Assembly (NCBI GenBank): GCA_030587475.2
Contig: JAUQYZ020000257.1
Span: forward strand, 1-44,014
Reading direction: 5' to 3'
DNA: 44,014 bases
Source of the DNA: Candidatus Sigynarchaeum calidifontis
GTDB taxonomy: Archaea > Asgardarchaeota > Lokiarchaeia > Sigyniarchaeales > Sigyniarchaeaceae
The notes beneath the pieces are model-generated. The model searched no databases. It was not told the origin of the DNA and saw only the letters and a program-made list of their open reading frames with translations. Below, one piece after another: positions 26,024 through 36,608 of the stretch. The translations under genes and the position numbers were made by a program. The first letter of the stretch is position 1. Every line of letters begins with the position of its first letter.

Positions 26024-27469
26024 ATGAATGTCGATGACGTAATCGAGAAAATCAAGGCGCTGCAAGCACTCCCGGCGATTCACGTGCCGGATCGCGTGCT
26101 CGCTCAATCAATTAGACAATTCGAGACCAAGTTTGCCAAGTCTAAGGCTTTGCAAAAAGAATTGCTCGCGGCCATCCCTGGCGGCGTTGAACACACGAAT
26201 GCCATCAAGGAGCCGTTCCCGTTGGTCATGCAAAAGGCCCAAGATTGTTATCTCTGGGACATCGACGGCAACCGTTTTATCGACTATCTCATGGCATCCG
26301 GGCCGATCATCCTCGGGCATAACTACCCGGAGCTCCGCGATCACGTGATTAAGGTCATCCAGGAGCAAGGACCTGCCACCGGCTTCATGGTCGAGGCGGA
26401 ACTCGCAGCAGCGAAGAAGATCAAGCAGCACATGAAATCGATCGAGCAGGTGAGGTTCTTCCAGTCCGGCACCGAGGCATCCATGGAAGCCATGCGGCTC
26501 GCGCGGGTTTTCACGGGGAAGCAAAAGGTCATCAAGCTCGACGGTAGTTATCATGGCTGGCACGACCAGATGTTAATCGATCTACACATTCTCGGAACGA
26601 AGAATATCCTCTGCCACGGCATCCCGCTTGGCTGCTATGAAAACACGATTTCGGTGAAACATGACGATCCGGACCGGCTCGAGAAGGTCATCAAGCGCAA
26701 CCAGGGCGAGGGCAAGGACGGCGTTGCTGCGGTCTTCATCGAGCCCCCCGGCGGCGACGGTGGCACGCATCCGCTTCACCCCGAGTATTACAAGGCAGCG
26801 CGGGAAATCTGCGACCGGCATGGCGTGCTGCTCGTCATGGATGAAGTAATCACTGGCTTCCGGCTTGCGCTGGGCGGGGCGCAAGAATACTTCGGTGTGA
26901 AGGCCGATCTCACGCTGCTTGGCAAGGTGGCGGTCGGGCACGGGTATCCGTCAGCTGGCGCCCTCGGGGGCCGGGCGGACATCATGCAATACCTGGCCGG
27001 CGGTGTCGGCAGCACGGATGATAAGGGTGAGGCGATAAAGAAGAACGCGTATTCCAGCGGCACGCTCGCGGGAAATACACTAACATGCTCGGCAGCAGCG
27101 AAAGCGATCGAGTGTATCGAGAAGACTGGTGCCATCGACGTGGCGGCTCGCGTCGCCACGAAACTGCGCGAGGGCCTCAACGACATTTTCGAACGCCACG
27201 GCTTGCCCTTTTTCTCGTATAATTTCCAATCGATCTTGCACGTGGTGACTGCGGATTTTTTCCACGTGAGTATGAACCGGGCTGACGCGCTCGAGCAAAT
27301 CAATACCCGCCGAAAACTGATGGCCGATTATGTTGCGTTATTGGCACTCGAAGGGATCACGTCGCTGCAAGGGGTGCGCCACTACACGTGCCTCAAGCAC
27401 GACGACCCGAAGGTCATCGATCAGACACTCGTGGCATTTGATGCGTTCTGTAAAAAACTCAAGACATAG
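26024..27469 (+). CDS. Class III PLP aminotransferase (GSA-aminomutase-like)
   Basis: LWDIDGNRFIDY, SGTEA, GSYHG, FIEP, MDEVITGFR, LGK (PLP lysine), SGTLAGN. Confidence 0.88.
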   Translation: MNVDDVIEKIKALQALPAIHVPDRVLAQSIRQFETKFAKSKALQKELLAAIPGGVEHTNAIKEPFPLVMQKAQDCYLWDIDGNRFIDYLMASGPIILGHNYPELRDHVIKVIQEQGPATGFMVEAELAAAKKIKQHMKSIEQVRFFQSGTEASMEAMRLARVFTGKQKVIKLDGSYHGWHDQMLIDLHILGTKNILCHGIPLGCYENTISVKHDDPDRLEKVIKRNQGEGKDGVAAVFIEPPGGDGGTHPLHPEYYKAAREICDRHGVLLVMDEVITGFRLALGGAQEYFGVKADLTLLGKVAVGHGYPSAGALGGRADIMQYLAGGVGSTDDKGEAIKKNAYSSGTLAGNTLTCSAAAKAIECIEKTGAIDVAARVATKLREGLNDIFERHGLPFFSYNFQSILHVVTADFFHVSMNRADALEQINTRRKLMADYVALLALEGITSLQGVRHYTCLKHDDPKVIDQTLVAFDAFCKKLKT

Positions 27470-27481
27470 AGGATCCAGCAA

Positions 27482-27949
27482 ATGGAACGGAAAATCAACC
27501 AGATCGGCATCGTGGTGAAAGATATTGCCAAGGCTGCCGAATTTTACCTGCACACCTTTGGAATCACCTTCCAAGTCATAGATCGGCCAGAAGAAACCTG
27601 CCAATTGCACGGAACGTTATCAACATTCCGTATAAGAACAGCGCTCGGTAACGTCGCCGGATTGCAGATCGAGCTCATCCAGGTTCTCGAAGGCCGCACC
27701 GCCCATGTTGAGTTTATGGAAACGCATGGCGAGGGAATACACCACCTCGGTATTTACGTCGAAGATCTCGAATCCGAGATCGCTGCATGTGCCAAGGACG
27801 GCATCGGCGTTATCTCCCGCGGCGAGTTCCTCGGTGTGAAATGGGCGTACATGGACTCGACAAGGGTGGCAGGTGCCATCATCGAATTCATCGAGCTGCC
27901 GAAACCGCGCGCGAGGAAACAGAAGAACGACTCTACTACTGTCCCGTAG
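27482..27949 (+). CDS. VOC/glyoxalase family protein (methylmalonyl-CoA epimerase-like)
   Basis: INQIGIVVKD, QIELIQ, HGEGIHHLG, IIEFIE. Confidence 0.85.
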   Translation: MERKINQIGIVVKDIAKAAEFYLHTFGITFQVIDRPEETCQLHGTLSTFRIRTALGNVAGLQIELIQVLEGRTAHVEFMETHGEGIHHLGIYVEDLESEIAACAKDGIGVISRGEFLGVKWAYMDSTRVAGAIIEFIELPKPRARKQKNDSTTVP

Positions 27950-27967
27950 CCTGATTGAAGGGATAGA

Positions 27968-28729
27968 TCAAGTCAAATCGCCGCAAGAGCAGCGGGTTTC
28001 ATCGATCAAGTCGAGTAACTCTTTTAATCCCGTGCTTCTGCCCTCCGTGATAGATAACTTGATCAATTGCATTGCCGGGAGCAATTTTTCAACGATATCC
28101 GCCGCGCGGGATGCAAACTCGGTGAGTTGCCCCTTGGTTGCGTCCATGATACCTTCCTTCAATGCACGCCCGTCTTGTACATAGGTGCACGCGGCGGGAC
28201 GGAGAAGATCGGCTTTCGACACGGCGTGCAGTAACGGTGCATGGATGGTAAGATGTAAACCTGTTAGGGTGAGGAGGACGAATGCGAAGCTGGACGGCGT
28301 GTTGATGATGTCTCCTGGTATCAAGAAAATGGCAATCAAGTCATCGAACAGCTCCTTCATCCGGTCGATCAGCCGATTGCCAATGTCCGAAAAGATCAGC
28401 GGTTCGAGCTGCCCCGGCGCGTCGATGATAAAAAGGTCGGATCGCGAGTGCTCCAGGCAAGCGAACAGCGCATCGACCCGTTCAGCCATGACCTCATAGG
28501 CCTTCATGAGAGCACCATTTGGCCCGATGCCGTACTTCTCCATGATATTATCGACCGTGAGCATCGACCGGACATCGATATCCCACGGAAAATCGTCGCG
28601 AGAGCCTGGATCGAGGTTACAAGATCGAACGTCGTGAAAGATTCCTGATTCTCGTGTATAATTGTAAAGAGCTTTCGTGAGCGTCGTTTTACCCGACCCG
28701 GCAGGGCCGAGCACGAGTATCGTCGTCAC
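27968..28729 (-). CDS. GPN-loop GTPase
   Basis: GPAGSGKTT, NLDPG, GIGPNGAL, DAPGQ, SKAD, C-terminal CSCGDLT. Confidence 0.9.
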   Translation of the reverse strand: MTTILVLGPAGSGKTTLTKALYNYTRESGIFHDVRSCNLDPGSRDDFPWDIDVRSMLTVDNIMEKYGIGPNGALMKAYEVMAERVDALFACLEHSRSDLFIIDAPGQLEPLIFSDIGNRLIDRMKELFDDLIAIFLIPGDIINTPSSFAFVLLTLTGLHLTIHAPLLHAVSKADLLRPAACTYVQDGRALKEGIMDATKGQLTEFASRAADIVEKLLPAMQLIKLSITEGRSTGLKELLDLIDETRCSCGDLT

Positions 28730-28877
28730 CGTCGAAGCACATCCGGAGAGTACCGTGATGCCATCTCATCACTCGATCCATTGTGTATGTCGATTTGAAG
28801 CCGATCACCTATGAGTTAGACAAGGTTTAATAGCGTCCCAGGGCTTAAACTCCTATCCCATTCGTGGTTTAAGGATC

Positions 28878-29159
28878 ATGTCTGCGATTGTACAATCTAA
28901 GGGAGTAATCACGTCCTTCAAAAGAGGACGTTCCCGCGTGCACGAATCAATCATTCTCTGCAAGATCGACGGGTTTGACGACCGCAAGGCAGCGGCTGCC
29001 TTGATCGGCCATTGGATCGAGTGGACATCGGAGACGGGCAAAACTATCCGCGCCAAGATTACCCGCGTGCACGGGGTCAAGGGGGTCGTACGTGCGCGCT
29101 TGCCTGGACCGGGGATTCCCGGCAGCGCCATCGGATCCCCGATAATCGTCGTTAAGTGA
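28878..29159 (+). CDS. rpl35ae: 50S ribosomal protein L35Ae (eL33)
   Basis: KGVITSFKRG...KIDG...AAALIG...KITRVHGVKGVVRAR...PGSAIG. Confidence 0.9.
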   Translation: MSAIVQSKGVITSFKRGRSRVHESIILCKIDGFDDRKAAAALIGHWIEWTSETGKTIRAKITRVHGVKGVVRARLPGPGIPGSAIGSPIIVVK

Positions 29160-29291
29160 ACCCATTCTTGTATGCTATATGCGGACCGGTTGCAGGTGAT
29201 CAATCACGATCTTTCCGCATTTCTTTTAAGACTTTGATTATCCCAATTTTTTAGCTAGAACAAAGAATTTTATTACTCTTTCCGTGATAGC

Positions 29292-30206
29292 TTATAATTC
29301 ACCGGCTTTACGGTAGTCCTTTATTTTTTCCAAGAACTTGATGATGCGTTCCCTCTTGATATCGTCCGGTTCAAGCTTGACGAGCACGCTCGATAGGTGT
29401 TCGATATTGTAATCGTAGATCTCAATGTAGAGCGTGCGCAGAACCACTACGAAAAAAATGGTGCTCAAAGCCAAGGTTATCACCTGACTCAAGCTGATAT
29501 AGCCGGTGGCTGGGCCTTCCATGCCAATGCCTGGTAAATAAACAATGATAACGTTCACTTGCAATTGACTGATAATATCAATAATATTTAGCATTAGAAG
29601 GAAAATATATATTATGATATTTATGATCGTGAATCGTTCGAATCTTTGTTGGGCGGGTGACCATAACGTGTATTTTTTATGGATCGGGAGGGGCATCATT
29701 ATCGACAAGTCTTCGTCCTCCTCGTCGAATGCATGGACCCTCCCGCTTTTTTCTTCAGTGAAAAGGTCGATCCTCGCCGTTAACCACGCCTTGTTAATAG
29801 CGACGTGGAAGCACGACGCGAAAGTGATCGTTATGAGAAATGTGAAAATCTTAAACACGGGTGCGAAAAAATTCGGCGCGAGCTTTGCTTCGTATCCCAG
29901 TACAACCGTGAGTAGCAAATCAACGATGTACCCCACGAAAAACACGCCGTGCATGTAGGCCTCATCGCCAAGTGGGTATTGGAACATGGCGACACCCGCG
30001 ATGTTGACATTTGGCTTGGAGATGGCCAAGATGTCGAAGAAAATCGCGAAAAAGCCCAAGATCGCAGGGATAGAGAGATATAATGCCCCCATCCCCCATC
30101 CTTGGCTCAAAATGACGACGCAACATGCGAGCGTAATGACTAATGTTCCCAGGATCGAGTAATTGAGCAATATATCCTTGATACTGACACGCTCGGCATG
30201 TTCCAT
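29292..30206 (-). CDS. Hypothetical multi-pass membrane protein
   Basis: About 6 hydrophobic segments in a 304-aa ORF. Confidence 0.7.
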   Translation of the reverse strand: MEHAERVSIKDILLNYSILGTLVITLACCVVILSQGWGMGALYLSIPAILGFFAIFFDILAISKPNVNIAGVAMFQYPLGDEAYMHGVFFVGYIVDLLLTVVLGYEAKLAPNFFAPVFKIFTFLITITFASCFHVAINKAWLTARIDLFTEEKSGRVHAFDEEDEDLSIMMPLPIHKKYTLWSPAQQRFERFTIINIIIYIFLLMLNIIDIISQLQVNVIIVYLPGIGMEGPATGYISLSQVITLALSTIFFVVVLRTLYIEIYDYNIEHLSSVLVKLEPDDIKRERIIKFLEKIKDYRKAGEL

Positions 30207-30358
30207 TTCGATTCCCGCGAGATTGTCATATTATACTAGCAAACGAGTCGAATTTCTAATATCTTCGAGGCATATCAAAAATAAAAAACTCATACCAAGT
30301 ATTTAACACCAAAGGTTTCACATGATGCATCACGATTCCAGGCAAGTTGAACCCATCG

Positions 30359-32377
30359 ATGATAGGTCCCGACAAGCTTTTTCCGTACGCGCACTTCCGT
30401 AACGAGCAAGAGGCATTCATCAAGAAGGCATACGAAGCATTGGAAGCCGGAAATCATGTCATTGCTTCAGCGCCGAACGGGTTCGGCAAGACTATTTCAG
30501 TATTATGCGCGACGCTGCCCGTTGCGATTGAAAACGATTTGAAGATCGTGTATTGCTGCCGTACGCACATGCAGAACTCGCGCGTTATTACAGAGCTTGA
30601 CACGATCCATAAACATATGCTAAACAAGCAAATTGTATCTAACATCGATGATATTGCCGAAAACTATTCTGGCGTGAGTTTACGCGGGCGCAATGAGATG
30701 TGTTTCATGGACCAGATACGGGAAACCGAATTGAGCCCAAATGATTCCTCTGCAGTGTGTACGCAACTTCGCAAGGACGGCCGGTGCAAATACTTTAAAA
30801 ATTTCCAAAAGCTTTCGTCGGGCGACCCTGGAACACGCGTGCCTTCCTTGAAGAAATTCGCCCTCGACTCAGATGATATCTTGTCAGAATGCAGCATGAA
30901 AGCGGTGTGCCCCTATTTCTTTAGCCGTGATTTCCTCAAGTCGGCTCGGATCTCCGTGGGGAACTATCAATGGTTTTTCAATCCTTGGATACAAGACAAA
31001 TTCCTGGAATCCATCGGTGCGGGTATCGAGGACGTGCTTCTCGTGATCGACGAGGCGCACAATCTCCCATCCCTTTCCGAGGAGATTCACTCGCTGCGGA
31101 TGGGTAAATTCACGATAACAACAGCAAGAAAGGAGCTGCGGGATTATTTCCCAGGCGAAACCGTACTGGAACCGGTTGAGAACCTGCTACGCGTGTCCGA
31201 GGAATTATTTGATTCTTACGAGCGTGGCCTGAAAAATCAGGAAGAGATCGAGATCGATGCACGCGCGATCATCGAGCACTTGCAATCCTCCATCCGATTC
31301 AGTTTGCCGGATGCAATCAAGTTACTGGATGACCGGGGCGACGAGATCCAGAAGCAAAAGCTCGAAGCGGGGCGTAAAAGTCCTCGATCGTTCTGTAAAG
31401 CTGTCGCACAGTTCTGGTCAGAATGGCACTCGTCCACGATGGACAAGGCCGCGTATTACCATTGCTTTTCGACCGAGCGAGATCGTAAATATTCCTCGAA
31501 TTACATGTTCGAGGCCGTTTGCCTCGACCCGGGGCTTGTTGGAATCAAAACAATTATGGATAACGTGTATGCGTCCATTTCCCTTTCTGGTACCATCATC
31601 CCGGAGGCCTATTCTGCTATCTGTCGGATACCGCGCCCCGAGATTATGCGAATGAATTCCCCGTTCGATCCAAATCACGTGAAGACCATCATCCTCGATG
31701 GTGTTTCGACGGCGAAAGAACGGCGTAGCACTGGCATGTACCAGAAATATCTGGAGAAGATCGTCGAAATGGCTCAAGCAACCCCGAAGAATTCTGCCGC
31801 TTTTTGCCCTTCGTATAGCGTCGTGAAGGGCATAATGGAAGCAGGTTTCGAGGGTGCGATCCGTCGTATCGGCAAGTTACCTGTCATCGAGAAGGAGGGC
31901 ATGAGTTCATCGGAGAACGACGAGCTTATCGCGCAGTACAAGGAGTACTCGCGCATTTCCGAAGGTGCAGTTCTCCTGGGCGTTACTGGAGGCAGGAATT
32001 CAGAGGGTGAGGACTTTCCTGGGGATGAAATGAATGCGGTAATGGTAATTGGCGTTCCATACGCGACGCCCACTCCACGGGTTAAGAAAAAAATCGAATA
32101 TTACGACACCGCTTTCGAGGGGAACAAAGGCTGGTCGCTGGCATATGAAATCCCGGCCGTTCAAAAAGCAAATCAAGCTTGTGGCCGGCCCATACGCACG
32201 CTCGACGACCACGCCGTGATCATCCTCGCGGATGAAAGATTCAAGAAGGGGACGATCCAGGCACTGCTCTCGCCTTGGATCTTGAGGAACATCTGTTCGA
32301 TCAAGGATGTACCCGGCCATTTACGTATATCAGTCGAAAGGTTTTTCGCCAGTGCGTCACGGAACGGTCGTTCTTAA
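30359..32377 (+). CDS. xpd: XPD/Rad3-family Fe-S DNA helicase
   Basis: Q motif FRNEQ, APNGFGKT, four Fe-S cysteines, IDEAHN, SGT, GRNSEGEDF, QACGRPIR. Confidence 0.9.
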   Translation: MIGPDKLFPYAHFRNEQEAFIKKAYEALEAGNHVIASAPNGFGKTISVLCATLPVAIENDLKIVYCCRTHMQNSRVITELDTIHKHMLNKQIVSNIDDIAENYSGVSLRGRNEMCFMDQIRETELSPNDSSAVCTQLRKDGRCKYFKNFQKLSSGDPGTRVPSLKKFALDSDDILSECSMKAVCPYFFSRDFLKSARISVGNYQWFFNPWIQDKFLESIGAGIEDVLLVIDEAHNLPSLSEEIHSLRMGKFTITTARKELRDYFPGETVLEPVENLLRVSEELFDSYERGLKNQEEIEIDARAIIEHLQSSIRFSLPDAIKLLDDRGDEIQKQKLEAGRKSPRSFCKAVAQFWSEWHSSTMDKAAYYHCFSTERDRKYSSNYMFEAVCLDPGLVGIKTIMDNVYASISLSGTIIPEAYSAICRIPRPEIMRMNSPFDPNHVKTIILDGVSTAKERRSTGMYQKYLEKIVEMAQATPKNSAAFCPSYSVVKGIMEAGFEGAIRRIGKLPVIEKEGMSSSENDELIAQYKEYSRISEGAVLLGVTGGRNSEGEDFPGDEMNAVMVIGVPYATPTPRVKKKIEYYDTAFEGNKGWSLAYEIPAVQKANQACGRPIRTLDDHAVIILADERFKKGTIQALLSPWILRNICSIKDVPGHLRISVERFFASASRNGRS

Positions 32378-32639
32378 AAGTCTTGCCTAGCGTTGCCTTA
32401 ACGCCACGCATTAGGAAATATAGGTTGGATTAAGTTGTTGGTTCTTCACACTCTAAAAAAAAATGAATCGGTAGTTCCGGGGGCGAATATGCGTCGAAAG
32501 GATGTCCGGCAAAAAGTGAAAAAAAATTTCTTAGGTAATGCGCGGTAAATTCTACACGATCAACCCGCTTATGTTTCGAATTCGGGAATTAACCCCCGCC
32601 GAGTGATGCCCCACGGATCAATCCCCGGTCAATAACCAG

Positions 32640-33953
32640 TTGAATGGCAAGCCGATTGGCAAGTGCTTCTGGGCTCCATTCCTTCATTTTTACCAGCCCC
32701 CGACTCAGGACGTGCACGTTTTAAAGGAAATCAACGAAACATGTTATGAGCCTTTGTTTTCGATGCTTCTCGACAACCCTGACTTCAAATGCACGTTTAA
32801 TATAAACACGGTTCTCCTGGACTTGCTAGTCGATCACGGGTTAGCTCGAACAATCGACCTGATAAAGGAACTCGCGGCAAAGAAGCAGATCGAGATCGTG
32901 GGCTCGGGAAAATTCCACCCGATCCTCCCCTTGATACCTAAACAAGAGGTCTTGCACCAGATCGAGATGCAAGAGTCCGATCTGAAAAAAACGTTCCCTG
33001 GATGGAGCAAGGGCGGTTTCTTCCCGCCGGAGATGGCGATATCCCCCGGCATCACATCGCTCGTCGCCAACGAGGGCTACAAGTGGGTTCTATCGAGCGG
33101 GATTTCTTGCCCTTCCGACTGGGCCTTTGACAAGATTTACTTGAATTACGATGGAAATGCCTTTTTGTTCTTCCGAGACGACGTCATCTCCAACGAGATC
33201 TCGTTCAAGAAGATTTCGGTCGATTTCTTCATCGAAAAACTTAAAATATTGTATAATACCCCACATTACATCATCACCGCCCAAGATGGAGAGACATTCG
33301 GGCACCACGTCAAGAACTACGAGAAAACCTTCCTGGAAAAAGCCATGCGAATGGCCATCGATGATAAAGATATCGAGCTCGTCTTCGTTTCGGAATTGCC
33401 GGTTCATTTCAAGACCGGCGGCAAGGTTCGTCCCGTGGCATCGAGCTGGAGCACGTCACAAAATGACTTGGACTACAACACCCCCTACCCGCTGTGGAAC
33501 CATCCTGACAACCCTGTACACCGGGTCCAGTTCAAGTTCCTCAAGAACGTTCTCGAGCTGGTTTACATGCTCGAGGCAAATCCCGGGCAAAAACCTGTTC
33601 AAGAGTCCGTGACTGCACGGTATTTTCTCGACCGTGGTCTCCACTCTTGCCAGTTCTGGTGGGCTAGCGCGCGGCCGATGTGGAGCCCCAATCTTATCCT
33701 CCGTGGTGGAGAACTCTTGTTACGTGCTGCCTTTAATGCACGGCTTGGTATAATAGATTCTTTCCAGAATAAAACGTTGATCGCGGAATCCGAAGAAATT
33801 TTTGACCAGGTGAGCCAGTACTATTCCTTGCTCTTGCAAGAGATAATGAAGATGGAACAAGTCGTCGCGGGCAAGCGTGCGGCGCAGGAAACGCTGTTCG
33901 AGAGTCTATTCACGAGCGACAAGGACGCGGCCGGTGGTGTGGCAAGGCAATGA
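32640..33953 (+). CDS. Glycoside hydrolase family 57 protein
   Basis: FLHFYQP, HPILPLI, FFPPEMA (nucleophile), QDGETFGHH (acid/base), SCQFWW. TTG start. Confidence 0.85.
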   Translation: MNGKPIGKCFWAPFLHFYQPPTQDVHVLKEINETCYEPLFSMLLDNPDFKCTFNINTVLLDLLVDHGLARTIDLIKELAAKKQIEIVGSGKFHPILPLIPKQEVLHQIEMQESDLKKTFPGWSKGGFFPPEMAISPGITSLVANEGYKWVLSSGISCPSDWAFDKIYLNYDGNAFLFFRDDVISNEISFKKISVDFFIEKLKILYNTPHYIITAQDGETFGHHVKNYEKTFLEKAMRMAIDDKDIELVFVSELPVHFKTGGKVRPVASSWSTSQNDLDYNTPYPLWNHPDNPVHRVQFKFLKNVLELVYMLEANPGQKPVQESVTARYFLDRGLHSCQFWWASARPMWSPNLILRGGELLLRAAFNARLGIIDSFQNKTLIAESEEIFDQVSQYYSLLLQEIMKMEQVVAGKRAAQETLFESLFTSDKDAAGGVARQ

Positions 33954-35068
33954 AGGGGAAAAAGGTCATACTCGAGATCACGGGTAGTTGGGCCGAGGCC
34001 AAACCGGTCTACATCGAGGCGATCACGGCTGGATTCACGACTTTCGTCGTGCGCACGGAGGGGGACGCCAAGAACTTGCGAGGCTTGGGTAAGGTCGAGA
34101 TCATTTCTCCCTTGCCCGACATAGAACCGGATTATATCCTCCTCGATGCCATTTCCACCCATCCAAGCAAGTCGCAGCTCGATGCGTTCTTCTCGAGCCC
34201 GTCGAAGAAATGCGTCCATCTCGCCCTGGGTTCCAAGGATGACGAAAAGCGCGCGATCGAGGTCGCAAGTAAGGGTGCGAACCTGGTCATCGTCGACGCG
34301 ACGGACTGGAAGGTCATCCCCCTCGAGAACCTCATTGCCGAGCTGCAGAAAAAGAGCACGATGCTCGCCGGGCGCGTCGGAAGTATTGAAGAGGCCCGGC
34401 TATTCTTCGAAACGCTCCAGGTCGGGGTCGACGGCGTGTTCCACGTTATCAACGCTACCAATTTTAAGGCAACCGGCTTTGATTTCGCCCCGTGGAAACG
34501 TCTCGTGGCGGGTACAGAATCGATCCATCTCGTGACGGCCACGATAACCCGTATCGAAGACGTTGGATCCGGCGACCGCGTGTGCGTTGACACGATATCA
34601 ATGCTAGAGCAAGGCGAGGGGATGCTCGTCGGTAACCATGCAAGCGGGTTTTTCCTCGTCCACGGTGAAGTGACCGATACCGAGTTCGTCAATGCCCGGC
34701 CGTTCCGGGTGAATGCCGGCGCTGTCCATTCCTACACGTTGCGAGCCGGGAACAAGACGGCTTATCTCTCCGAGTTAAAAGCGGGTGAGCCGGTTATGGT
34801 CGTCGATTGGCAAGGACACACGAGAATGACACGGGTTGGCCGTGCCAAGATCGAGACACGCCCCATGTTACTCGTCGAGGGCAAGGTCGGGAACGAGACC
34901 ATTTCCGTGATTTTGCAGAATGCGGAGACAATATGCCTCGTGGATGATTCAGGGAAGCAATTATCTATTTCCAAATTACGAGTCGGGGACAAGGTACAAG
35001 CATTCGTGACCGGCGAGAAGGGACGTCATTTCGGGAAGAATGTAGAGGAAAAAGTAATCGAAAAGTAA
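33950..35068 (+). CDS. aroB': 3-dehydroquinate synthase II (archaeal AroB')
   Basis: DWKVIPLENLIA, GDRVCVDT, RPFRVNAGAVHSY, KIETRP, LQNAETI, GRHFG. Confidence 0.93.
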   Translation: MKGKKVILEITGSWAEAKPVYIEAITAGFTTFVVRTEGDAKNLRGLGKVEIISPLPDIEPDYILLDAISTHPSKSQLDAFFSSPSKKCVHLALGSKDDEKRAIEVASKGANLVIVDATDWKVIPLENLIAELQKKSTMLAGRVGSIEEARLFFETLQVGVDGVFHVINATNFKATGFDFAPWKRLVAGTESIHLVTATITRIEDVGSGDRVCVDTISMLEQGEGMLVGNHASGFFLVHGEVTDTEFVNARPFRVNAGAVHSYTLRAGNKTAYLSELKAGEPVMVVDWQGHTRMTRVGRAKIETRPMLLVEGKVGNETISVILQNAETICLVDDSGKQLSISKLRVGDKVQAFVTGEKGRHFGKNVEEKVIEK

Positions 35069-35086
35069 TTTTTTCTTGTTTTTCCT

Positions 35087-35938
35087 TCAGATCAACGATT
35101 GAATGAGCCTCAAGTACTTGATGCATTCTTCCGCGTACTGGTCGGCTTCTGGCCTCTCCGAGGTCTTTGAGGCGTAAACGTCGGCTGCAGTTGGCGGGAG
35201 CGGCTCGCAGGCCAAGGATCCGTTGAAGTCAATGTCCTTGAGCGCCCGCATTATCTCGAACCAGTCGGTCATGCCCCGTCCCGTGCTCTTGCGGTTGGAA
35301 TCCGCGACGTGGCAGTGGATTAAGTTCTTGCCCGCTGCGCGTATAGCATCACCATTATTGCTTTCTTCTATGTTGCAGTGAAAGAAATCGAGCATCATCT
35401 TTACTTGCGGGTGGTTAAGTATCTTGAGTAAAACGAGTGCTTGCTCGCCGCGCTGCAAGAACGCATTCTCGTACCTGTTGATCGGTTCGATGGCAAATAA
35501 TATCTTGCCCGTTTTTTTTGCGTGATCGCCGATCTCCTGCAATGCCTGGATGCATTTTTGCTGGTTCTCGTCGTTCCAGCCATCCGTCACGTTCGCGACG
35601 CCGGACGGCACGCTCAAGACGAGCTTGGCGCCCAATTCTTCTCCAATGGTGATGCAACCTTTCAAGTAATCGAGGGTGTTCTTTACAACCGCAAGATCTT
35701 TATCGATCAAGTTCCTGCGGTGATCCTTATCAGCCGCCCCTGTCATCATCGTGCAGATGGACGAGACTGGCATGTTGTATTTTTTCATGTAGGTCTTGAC
35801 CTGAGCCTTGTCGAGCTTCGCCGGGTCTTCGACCATGAGTTCGATGGCATCATAGCCGAATTTCTGGAGCCGCTGGAACGCCTTCTCGAGCGGCTCGGTG
35901 CCATAGATCCAGTTACTGATCGCGTAAGTTATCTTCAT
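35087..35938 (-). CDS. Sugar phosphate isomerase/epimerase (ketose 3-epimerase / AP-endonuclease-2 TIM barrel)
   Basis: GYDAIE, IEPINRYE, LDFFHCNIEE, HCHVADSNR, ACE metal ligands. Confidence 0.88.
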   Translation of the reverse strand: MKITYAISNWIYGTEPLEKAFQRLQKFGYDAIELMVEDPAKLDKAQVKTYMKKYNMPVSSICTMMTGAADKDHRRNLIDKDLAVVKNTLDYLKGCITIGEELGAKLVLSVPSGVANVTDGWNDENQQKCIQALQEIGDHAKKTGKILFAIEPINRYENAFLQRGEQALVLLKILNHPQVKMMLDFFHCNIEESNNGDAIRAAGKNLIHCHVADSNRKSTGRGMTDWFEIMRALKDIDFNGSLACEPLPPTAADVYASKTSERPEADQYAEECIKYLRLIQSLI

Positions 35939-35966
35939 GGCTCGCGCGCTCCATAGGTTTGTGAAT

Positions 35967-36608
35967 TTATCGCTGGGTAGGGCGCAAGAACGGCACGTCG
36001 CAAATCTGGCAAGAACCTTTCATCAAGAGACAAACGCGGAGACAATTCTCGTGGTAAACGGTCTTGCAACCTTTACAACGCCAGATATCGCCCTCGGCGT
36101 TTCCGTGATCATCCAAGATCTCCCCATCACCATATGCACATTTCTGATCCCGCTTTTCCAGGTCGTCGGGTAACACTTGCTCCAGGTTGAGGAGATCGAT
36201 ACGGGACAAGTCAATGCTCTGTATATCGAATGGTTTTTGGTCTTGGGATGGTTGCTGCGTGGCAGGCACTTGATCCTCTCCTGGATATCGAAAAGATAAG
36301 GAATCATCTGATGTACCCCGGCCGAGCATGTGTTCCCCGAGGACAAGAACCTCGGCGGTGAAAAGATCGTCGTCCTTGTGGCGCTCGTTGATGAGCTGTA
36401 TAAGGTACGCGTAATCCCGCTTAACCTTGTTATTCGTTTCTTTGATGATGCCATCCTCGATCTTTAGGAGATGCTCGCGGAGCTTGGCCTCGGTTTTTTT
36501 ATCCACTTTTCCTTCTAATTTCTTTGCAAGCTCATTGTATTCGTTCGCAACCTTGATGACCCTTTTGTCCCACTTCGGATCAGGCGGTATCTGCTTGAAA
36601 TTGACCAT
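35967..36608 (-). CDS. Protein with C-terminal RING-like zinc finger
   Basis: CAYGD...CKGC-x4-HENC-x10-CQIC spacing. Confidence 0.65.
   Translation of the reverse strand: MVNFKQIPPDPKWDKRVIKVANEYNELAKKLEGKVDKKTEAKLREHLLKIEDGIIKETNNKVKRDYAYLIQLINERHKDDDLFTAEVLVLGEHMLGRGTSDDSLSFRYPGEDQVPATQQPSQDQKPFDIQSIDLSRIDLLNLEQVLPDDLEKRDQKCAYGDGEILDDHGNAEGDIWRCKGCKTVYHENCLRVCLLMKGSCQICDVPFLRPTQR

Noticed and set aside
32378-32639. Second ncRNA in the xpd-GH57 intergenic region
   Set aside because: Only short, weak stems (GCGTT/AACGC, GGGGG/CCCCC) among A tracts, compatible with ordinary terminator/promoter sequence.
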